NCBI GenBank assembly: GCA_976226885.1 | Contig: OZ320317.1 | Location: 70,122,001-70,186,000, forward strand | Origin: Iphione sp. A-MEVVRFRX5 | Lineage: Eukaryota | Direction: 5' to 3' | DNA: 64,000 bases | In this document: in pieces, positions 15,201 to 23,415 of the stretch | Layout of the letters: every line of letters starts with the position of its first letter | Numbering within the stretch: position 1 is the stretch's first letter | Notes under the pieces: model-generated | Told to the model about the DNA's origin: nothing | Database searches by the model: none | The model's input: only the letters and a program-made list of their open reading frames with translations | Translations under genes and position numbers: made by a program

Positions 15201-17856
15201 AGCCTAAATATCACAATATTTGTGCAGTATTCGTCATACTCCTCAATTTTCATTAACGGTATGTAATTCTATGAATTACACATCCATATATACCACGTTG
15301 AACAGCAACACTTTACTGTTATTACACAACATGATGTGGTATACTAAACAAATAGATTGTAGACGAAACTATACATAATTTGTTGTCGGCGTTGTATTGG
15401 CAATAACAGTATAAAGACAAATACCGGAACAAAAAAACAGTATGATAGTAAAGAGTAATGATGTTCCAGTGCAAACTAGTTATTATGCCACTTTACCCCA
15501 AAAAAATATGGAGCAACACACCTCATACATAACATCAGCTTAAAAACCTAGCACTTTTGATGCAGCGGAGACTCATGAGATACATTCAAGTAAGAAGTGT
15601 CATTCTTTTAAGAAACAAACATTTAATTTAGACTGTGTAGACTAGCGGTAGGCGGAATACATACACCTGAGAAGACGTCGGGCCCCTCATCATAGTCGAC
15701 CATGGCAAAGAACAAGCGATTGGAGTACTGCTGACTATAGCGCCATGAGTTCGCCACAATAAGATACTCCTCATTTGCTTGTCTGTTGCAAAGTATGAAA
15801 CAAATTACAATTACAGGCGTTAGCAATAGGCCCTTCACAGCGAATATTTGTTTTACAATATACATTATAATCAGCAAAGAGAAATCCCAACGTTGTTTTT
15901 TTATTGAAAAATGCCTCATATGTTATGTTACTGTCAGAACTGAGGACACGCCCTAAATGGGGACACCTCAACTGGGAACCAAGGTTGTCCCACTAAGCAC
16001 GGGTATAGTGTTCATACAGCTAGGATGTCTCACAAGTACATAATGATCACTATGCTATGAATTCTGCATTTACTGACTCGATTGTAACAAAATGGATACA
16101 TTCTTTTACAACAAGACTGCGTGGACTGCTTTTTAGTGGTCTGTGGTTGCATAAGGCCAGTGACCTCATGACTTAACCGTTGATGTAATGAGCTAATCAC
16201 TGACAGTTGAAGACATGGGTACCAGTACTGCAGATGTACTTTTTACCATGTGTGACCCAATGGGAATCAACCAATCAGATGGCTTTATTTTGTGACAATG
16301 TCCAAATTAGTAAAAAAAAAAAAATATGTTTGCAGTACCTGTTTCTTCAACCGTTGCCAATCACTGGAACTTTGGGAGTCTTTATTTGTGTTCTATCGTT
16401 CATAAGGAAACTAAAACAATTATTTTGCAAGGCTAACGTATTAAAGGTTATTTTGCAGGAAAACCATTGACCATTAAATGCAATATCCCAACGCAGAAAA
16501 CACAAATCCCAAATTATACAAATTATGCCTGGAAAGATCATTAAAATGTGTTCCATGTTAACTTGCCTGCATACAGAACATTGTCTCTGGCTTTGCAGGG
16601 CCGTCAGCATGAGGATAACTGAATAGTTCCGGGGTGGTGCACGTAAGTACTGGCGGAACTTGTTACCATCCATACGGATCACTGATTTTTTATTGCTCCA
16701 ATCCATCAGGGTCTGCACTTTTTCTGACAGGACCGCCTGCATGTAAAGAAGCCACAGGATTTATACAGAATGACCACAGGGTGCTGGAACGAGTATGCGT
16801 ACCATGCCAGGTTGATTATTTTTCCCGAACGAGACCGCAGGTCGAGTTCAGGAAAAATAATCAACCTGGCATGGCACACATACGAGTTCCAGCATCCTGT
16901 GGTCATTCTGTTTTTATTCCATGCCTTATTTGATGAGAATTTGATTTGAGTAATGTCTTTTTGAAGATTTCGTATCAAATGGGAAGTATACAAGAAGCAC
17001 TGAGCATGTGCAGAAGCATGCGTTTTTTTCACTTCCTGTTTACTAGTTGATGCGAAACACTTTCTTTTAAAGTTAAACATACTTTTAAATGACTTCAATA
17101 TGCATTTAAATTGTGTGTATAATCATTATTTAACTGATTTTCATATCGATTGTGCTTAAAATTATTTATTGGAAGAATATTTCCATGTTGAAAGACTGAA
17201 TCGGCACATGTCTGCCATTTTGTTTGTTTACATTTCGAATCTGAAGAAACCTTTTGTTTACTGGGAAATAAGCAGTAAAACTGGTCCAACTCACATCAAA
17301 GTGTGAGCATATGTTCAATATATGGCTATCCATCTCATAAATTTACTATAAACAAATCATTTTTCATTTTGATTTTCAACGTGTATACCGCACAGGCATG
17401 TGGTACGCACGAGTGTACTAATGGGCCAGCAGCGGGTGGTACACGCAGGTTGTACGCGCACAGGCATGGAATAAATTGGGGTCCCTGGGCGATATTAAAG
17501 GTTTTCTGCTATTCACTGATATATTTCCATCTACTTTAAAGGGAAATTACTTTTCATTGATTTGACAATCTTTTATCAGTTAAATCTATAACTGTTTTGG
17601 AGGAATGTTTTTGTTTAGCGTAGTTAATAACGTCTACTCATAGAGCGATTTAGCTTATTTACATCCACACTATATAGCTGCTTGGGTACGCCGGTATGCC
17701 ACATCAATGCTCAATAAATTCTACATCGGTGAAACAACACTGTGCATTATGTGTGGCACATCAGGCGCGACAAATTACCTCTTTCTTCTTTGGAACGGCT
17801 AAAACTACACATGGCAGTATGAAAATCGTAAATATCAGGATTATCCTTGTGTCCAT
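6237..17856 (-). CDS. TUSC3/MAGT1: Oligosaccharyltransferase thioredoxin-like subunit TUSC3/MAGT1 (OST3/OST6 family), complete, 11 exons, 327 aa
   Basis: Exons (-): 17856-17779, 16736-16567, 15782-15665, 15177-15095, 14940-14883, 14559-14419, 13671-13582, 12957-12894, 7511-7437, 6776-6686, 6252-6237. These total 984 nt and are all phase-consistent. The protein has a signal peptide ([20 protein letters not shown]), a CSVC motif, [53 protein letters not shown], and ends [15 protein letters not shown]. Confidence 0.97.
8405..8615. repeat. 31-bp minisatellite, ~7 copies
   Basis: Unit ~AAAAGTACTGAATTTGATGATAAAGAGTCCT; the GTAC/GGAC anchor recurs at 8420, 8451, 8482 and onward. Confidence 0.9.
8629..8870. 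repeat. Degenerate ~85-90-bp tandem repeat, ~2.5-3 copies
   Basis: GAAAATGACT...CAACAC...CACAGGGTTTATTCATAACTACCT recurs. Confidence 0.7.
14941..15094 (-). other. GC-AG intron 4 of TUSC3/MAGT1
   Basis: Donor CACAG|GCAAGT and acceptor tttcag|A, giving the in-frame junction EIHR-VGFSAE. Confidence 0.9.
15783..16566 (-). other. GC-AG intron 2 of TUSC3/MAGT1
   Basis: Donor TGCAG|GCAAGT and acceptor caacag|A, giving CSVCR-QANEEY. The nearby GT alternative produces an in-frame stop. Confidence 0.88.
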
Positions 17857-18367
17857 CTTCCTCCATATGGCTAACAACAGCTGAAACGTCGCACGTTATG
17901 ATTGGCTAGTCAACAACCTCGACCCTGGTAGTCGCACACAGAGTGTCGGACCCCAGCTTTGACACCAGAGGGCATCTCAATCTGCATGATGATGAAGTGC
18001 TTCACGGCACTGAAGTGCGTTTTCACTCCTTGACTCGAAATGCAGGTCTTAAATCTGACGTTAACATTTGTAGAAGAAGTTCCTCTGGCTTTAGGATCAC
18101 GGCTTAGCTTGAACGTGTAACACAGTACTGTTAGTTAAAAGACGATGCATGAAAATGGGTACTGTACTGTCTATGTAAAGTGTTTATATATAAGTAGTAA
18201 TAATGGCCTTTTAACTAAGAAGCAATTGAAAATTTGTCATTGGTGTACGTGACCCTATGCAGTTGTAAACGTATCCATTCCTTATCTTAGTGATGAGGTG
18301 ACAATTAGGATTAATGTGCAGAAGTCGTTAATGTTATGGAGAATATCTAGTTCCTGGTTAAAGATAC

Positions 18368-18844
18368 TGTAGTTTCTACTTGGGTTCAATAAAGAACTGA
18401 CAACTCTGAGTCCTGATTCAAAACTGTCTTTATTCAGGTTCCCTCTCATATTTATATCTTTTCTCCAATCCAGGCACTAGCCAATCATCTGTCAGTAACA
18501 GAGTAAGAAAATACATTGTTACCTTCTTTAACAGCCCTTTCAACTAACCCACCAACCAGGAGAGAGCAAAGTATCACTTTTGGGGCTGTGGGACCACAGC
18601 CGAGTGCTGCCGATCCAATCACAAGAGAGCTTTGAGACTCCAGGGTAGTTTGTTTTAAATCCAGGGGTGGCTGTGGTACCACAGCGACCCTTAGTGCATG
18701 TGCACCGAGTCCAGTACTCCTGCACTTACTTCGTTTGACCAGTGCACCCCGACTGTGGCACCACACACTTCTGCGCACAGGGCGTGCGCCCGTGCCTCCA
18801 CCTGTGGCACCACAGCTCGCGGCCGGCTCCTGTATACCACTACA
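18368..18844 (-). repeat. 3' LTR
   Basis: Differs from 27877-28353 at 6 of 477 positions by manual comparison; minus-strand TATAAAT (~18450) and AATAAA (18434-18429); four TGTGG-N2-CCACA palindromes. Confidence 0.97.
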
Positions 18845-18857
18845 CTCTCCCCTCTTT
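18845..18857 (-). other. Polypurine tract
   Basis: AAAGAGGGGAGAG directly abuts the 3' LTR on the minus strand. Confidence 0.9.
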
Positions 18858-19082
18858 AAATTACACCCACCCCTGAGGGGTGGGGCGAAGCATCACACCC
18901 TAGAAGATCAATGTAGGAACAGCAATTCTAACTCAATCTCCCAACACTATAGCCACTAGGTAGCTTCCTTAATTTTAGCACCAATGAAATTTCTCTCGCC
19001 ATCATTACTTAACACCTGCTAAAATTTTACAATGCATCTAATCCCAAACGTATCCAAGTGTCCCTGAGCATGCAGTCTTATA

Positions 19083-19312
19083 GGCTTGAACTACGGCTTA
19101 CGGCCGTGGTAGTTCAGTAACACAGTCATATCAAATGAACTAAGGCTTACGGCCATGATAGTTCAGTGCAATAGTCATATCAGATGTGGAGGTATGTAGT
19201 CCTCTGAATGTGAAGTAAGGCTTACGGCCGTGGCAGTTCAGTGAAACAGTCATATCAAGTATGGGGGCTTAAGGCCGCAAAAGTTCAACCAACCAATCAT
19301 ATAAAAAAAACA
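19083..19312. repeat. Four degenerate ~50-70-bp direct repeats in the element's 3' untranslated region
   Basis: GGCTTA(C/A)GGCCRYRRYAGTTCA...A(G/A)TCATAT at ~19095, 19144, 19218 and 19266. Confidence 0.75.
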
Positions 19313-19535
19313 CTATCATACTTTGAATTCAACAACGGAGAAGCCCGTGTTGGGCAAAACTTGACCTCTACGTAAACTCTGAATCTTGCCTCACTCTCTC
19401 GGAGGAAAGTTTGATCATCGGGATGATATCAGTCTCACGTGGAGTTTGAGGCCCGAGCAACGACACCAACTCAAATAAAAAAACATTCTTTAACCGCTCG
19501 GGCCCCTACTCACCACCCTGTGGAGGTCGGCTGTT

Positions 19536-20605
19536 CTACTCCTCCGTCCACATCACATCAGTGTTGGTGCGAAGCTGCTGAGGGGGGCGGGCCTCCAGAA
19601 GGTCCCACACAGTGGGATCCTCCGCTCGTTGTTGGGCCCGCGCCGCCTGCGCCTCCCGCTCCCAGGTGTCGAAGGCCTCGCGCCTCGAGGCTGCCGTCGT
19701 CGCGTAGGTCGGACGCGGGTCTTCGAGGAGGTTGGTCGCGGCTTCGATGGAGCGGTTGTGCCAGCGGGTGACACGTTCGCGGTCGCCCCACTCGAGCCGG
19801 TCAGGGATCCGCATCCCTTCCAATGCGAGGACCGGCCGCCTGACCAGGGGGTCGATGAGGTGCTGCGGCGATGCCTCCGACTCCGCCAGGGCCAGAACCC
19901 ACGCCAAGGAGGAACTGGCGATGAAGCGCGAGGTGGGGCTCATCTCCATCCAGCGGGGAGGGGGCCATTCCAGCCGCTGGGGAAGACGTACCATAGTGGG
20001 AACCATGACGGCTCGCCGTACCGCCGGGTAGGGTGGCACTCGGCCGTCCAGAATCTCCCGGACTCGACGGGACAGCGGGCCGAGCATGGGCGTGGTGAGC
20101 TCCCGTTCTGCCAGTCGTTGAAGGTGTCCTGGTGGGAGGGCTGCCTCCCGGGGCCGATCGCTTGACGGATGAGGGTGTCCGGAGGCCTCCCAAGCCGTCA
20201 GGGTGTCGAGGAGGGCGGCCGGACTCCAGTCAGGGGTCGGGAGGGATGGCCCCCCCCGCAGTAGACTAGTGACTGACGCGGGCGTCCCTGGAGTGGCGCT
20301 GCTGCTTCGCGGTAGGCGGGAGCCGTCAATCCCCTCTCCACGACCCATGGATGGCGCCGCCGCAAGTGGGCGAGCCAGGTGCCCGGCTCGCCTAGGACGC
20401 TGGGACAGAAGAGGCAGTCCATCTGTCGGTGTCGACAGCCCCCATGCTGCTCCTTCTGATGGCGCTCCAAGGACTCCCCCGCCCAGTACACCCGGTGGGG
20501 TGTGCAGAGCTCGCACCAAGCCGTACCAGGGGGCAGGGGCTCTCCTTCCTCCACCTGGGGTGCCGGGGGATGTGCCACTTTCTGCCGGGGCATGCCGCTT
20601 GCCAT
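19536..20605 (-). CDS. Retrotransposon accessory protein: two C2H2-type zinc fingers plus an unknown C-terminal domain, ~356 aa if the G8 run at 20250-20257 is read as G9
   Basis: From the ATG at 20605: CELC-x14-HQKEQH and CLFC-x12-HLRRRH. The overlapping 382-aa frame becomes protein-like from GPSLPTPDWSPAALL onward. One extra G at the run joins the two frames. Confidence 0.65.
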
Positions 20606-20630
20606 AGAGAGGGACGGCCAGGCAGGGTGG

Positions 20631-21463
20631 TTGTGGAACCACAAGCTCGTTGACAGTACCGGTTAGGTCAAGACGTGGGGCCACAGACTACAACACACAG
20701 AGATGAACAGTCAATGGCAGATAATCACTGTGGTACCACGGACAACAAGCTGGCTGCCTTGGGGTGGTCACTCAGCCGCCCTTACCTATCGTCGGAGATG
20801 GAGGTGCGAGGTGCGGCCACAGCCCGGTGATGGCGACTGCTGCTCCTCGCCCAGTCACTTGATCCTTCCGCAGCGTCTGCCCGAAACCGTGGTCTGTGGT
20901 TCCACGCTCACGATCGGCCTCCTGTTTCTCAATGCCCCGTCGGATGTGTCCACACAGAAAGACTTATTTTTGGCACTGTCCCCCGGTGTCCCCACTGTTC
21001 TTCTCAGCCTCTTCTCTCCCTCACGTGGCCAGCTGTGGTGCCACGGGCCGCCATTGATCACGTCTCGCGAGACCACGGGTTCTCTCGCGCCCCGCGAGAT
21101 CCCGTGTCCCGCGTCCGTATCTCATCTGTGGGCCCGCAGCGAAACTGCTTACTCTACGACTGCTGAAGGTTCATTCTTTTTGTACTATAGGGGACTGGTA
21201 GGGATAGGACAAAACTGTGCTACACCACTCTATTTCCCTTCCTTCGGCTGTGGCACCACAGGCACTTTCGCTGCGTTCTCCCTCCAGAGGGCGACACCTC
21301 CTCCCCGCCTGTGGTTCCACAGCCCGTTCACCTGATACATTGTATCAGTTATTTCCCCCGATCCCACCAATCTCCCGTTATGTTGGATCTCTGTGGCACC
21401 ACAGTATGAGTGGTTACCCTCCCAGCCAATCGCTCGAACGCCAATGATATCTGTGGCACCACA
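20631..21463. promoter_or_regulatory. Cluster of ~10 TGTGG-N2-CCACA palindromes between the divergent accessory genes
   Basis: Copies at ~20631, 20674, 20728, 20894, 21033, 21126, 21248, 21309, 21391 and 21451; the half-sites are conserved and the 2-nt spacer varies. Confidence 0.75.
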
Positions 21464-21560
21464 TACACGATCTTCGCTGCCCGCCGTAGCCAATCATCTT
21501 GGCTCACTGCGCTCCCCCCAAATATAAATGAGATGGGCTACGGCCAGCCTGCTTCATCTG
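21424..21560 (+). promoter_or_regulatory. Putative internal antisense Pol II promoter
   Basis: Three CCAAT boxes (~21426, 21441, 21490), TATAAAT at 21523-21529, and an Inr-like TCA ~30 nt downstream. Confidence 0.6.
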
Positions 21561-21760
21561 GACTCTTGCTGCACCCCACCAGGCTTCTCTATCCTTCCAG
21601 CTACCCCTTCCAGCTACCCCAGTTCTACAGGTATCCATCTTATGTAGGAATGGCAACTGTTTAACATCTTTGAACTAGCTGAACCAGAGACAAATCATTT
21701 TTTTTTTTTTTTTTTTTTTTTTTTTCACGGGTTTCTCCCTTTTTCAGCCTAAACCCAGCC

Positions 21761-22630
21761 ATGACCAATCAAGGGACCGCGTTTGGGCACCTTCCTGCTA
21801 CCGCTCTTCGGCCTTATCGCCTGTGAGTGTTTGGATAACTCTTCCTCTACTTCCATTCGTTCTAAGTGTTATCCAACATCGCCCCTTCCTGGAGTTTAGT
21901 GTCAGCCAGACCCATCTTCATTTTTCCTGCCTATTTTCTCTTCCACAGGCTCCGCTATCGACCCACCCTGCCCGGGTCAACTCCCTCTGGCGTGAACATT
22001 CATACAGAAGGGCCGGTGGTACGAGTTTCCGGCACCCATGAGATCATAGATGCCCCCTTCATCTTGCCCGTTCCGGGTCGTCTGATCTTCCTGGGACCGC
22101 TTCACATGATTGACCTGGTGGTACGCCCCATCGCCCCTCCTGGCTCGGCGCGGCCCCCGCCAACGATGCCCGCCCCATCAGACTGGGCTGCTTGCTACAC
22201 CACCCCGCTGCCCCCACCGGCTTCTCCCTCCTCCAGTGCTTCCGGGTATAGCACCGACAGCCCCTCATCCCTTACCAGCAGTCGTCTGGACCCCTGGGGA
22301 TCCCACCAGGACCTCTCCGCGATGGGCGCATCACCACCCCCGGCGGATGGATCGGGCCGCTCCTCTCCAAGCCCGCGGCCGTCACCCGCCCCGTCAGGAA
22401 AAGACTCTGTACTGCCTCCGTCTCTGGCCGTCATGAGGCCAGAATGCACTACCCCCGAGACAGGCGATGACATCTCCTGCGGCTCCTCACCCCTGGGGAC
22501 TTCCCCTCCGGGAGGTCATGTGCCCTTCTCGGCGATTTCGACTCCCGCCCTGGCAGCCTGGTATCGTCAGCTTCGTTGGGGCGACGCCCCCTTCTGCCCT
22601 ATTCTGGTATCTTCCTCCGATGAGGAATAG
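21761..22630 (+). CDS. Spliced antisense accessory gene of the Gypsy element, 247 aa, unknown function
   Basis: Kozak ccagccATG at 21761; donor CT|GTGAGT at 21823; acceptor ttttctcttccacag|G at 21948; both phase 2. The product runs MTNQGTAFGHLPATALRPYRLLRYRPTL...FCPILVSSSDEE*. AATAAA lies at 22697-22702, followed by a GT-rich tract. An upstream intron 21631-21747 contains a T28 tract. Confidence 0.65.
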
Positions 22631-23024
22631 GACTTTGAATGGCAATTATACTCCCCATGCTAAGTACTCTGTAGTTGCGTGGCCGACATACCTTGAAATA
22701 AATTTCAGCTAACTGATTTGTCCCTTGTGTTCGTTCTATGTTCTATTCGCTCTCAGACTTAACTATTCTCACCCCGCTCGTCATCCCGTAGCAGCGACCA
22801 GAGGACATAACCCGAGCAGGTTCTAATTCTTACACCCTGGTCCGGGTTGGCTCTACCCCTGATAGCGTGCCGGCTCACCCAGAGGACAAAGCCTGGTCAG
22901 ACCTCCGTCTCCTTCTGGCCCAGGCCGGCTCCACCGTCAGTTCCACCTTCATGGTCTGTCAACTTCTCAGCTACCACGGGCCTACACTGCGAGTGGCCGC
23001 AGTGCTGCCCTCCCTAACCGGGAG

Positions 23025-23372
23025 CCTCCCCCCCTTTTCTCCCCCTAGAACTTTTGGGTACCACACCCGGGGATGTCCAGCCTCCCCCTCTGGAGCTTTT
23101 GGGTCCCGCACCCGAGGATGTCCAGCCTCCCCCCCCTGGAGCTTTTGGGTCCCACACCCGAGGATGTCCAGCCTCCCCCCTCTGGAGCTTTTGGGTCCCA
23201 CACCCGGGGATGTCCAGCCTCCCCCTCTGGAGCTTTTGGGTCCCATACCCGAGGATGTCCAGCCTCCCCCCTCTGGAGCTTTTGGGTCCCACACCCGAGG
23301 ATGTCCAGCCTCCCCCTCTGGAGCTATTGGGTCCCGTACCCGGGGATGTCCAGCCTCCCCTCCCTGGAGCTC
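23025..23372. repeat. 45-46-bp GC-rich minisatellite, ~7.5 copies, just downstream of the pol stop
   Basis: GATGTCC anchor at 23072, 23117, 23163, 23209, 23254, 23300 and 23345; units differ mainly in C-run length. Confidence 0.93.
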
Positions 23373-23415
23373 TCTGCTCTCCCTAGTCCGACCTCCATTG
23401 GAAGACTTTTTCTTT

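Noticed and set aside
18485-18959. ORFs inside the LTRs (also 27994-28377)
   Set aside because: Short, duplicated only because the LTR is duplicated, and without recognisable domains.
19536-20684. 382-aa ORF as an env gene
   Set aside because: No signal peptide, furin site, fusion peptide or transmembrane anchor; its N-terminal half looks like an off-frame read of the zinc-finger ORF.
20631-21463. Palindromes with unique spacers resembling a CRISPR array
   Set aside because: Repeats are only 12-14 bp with irregular spacing (~45-165 bp), there are no cas genes, and the context is eukaryotic.
21631-21640. GTATCC donor as a second U12 intron
   Set aside because: It continues ATC rather than TT, no TCCTTAAC branch site was seen, and the acceptor has a strong U2-type pyrimidine tract.
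20703-21664. ORFs of 70-210 aa in the palindrome cluster
   Set aside because: No domain signal; alternative starts in GC-rich DNA; the region is better explained as regulatory.
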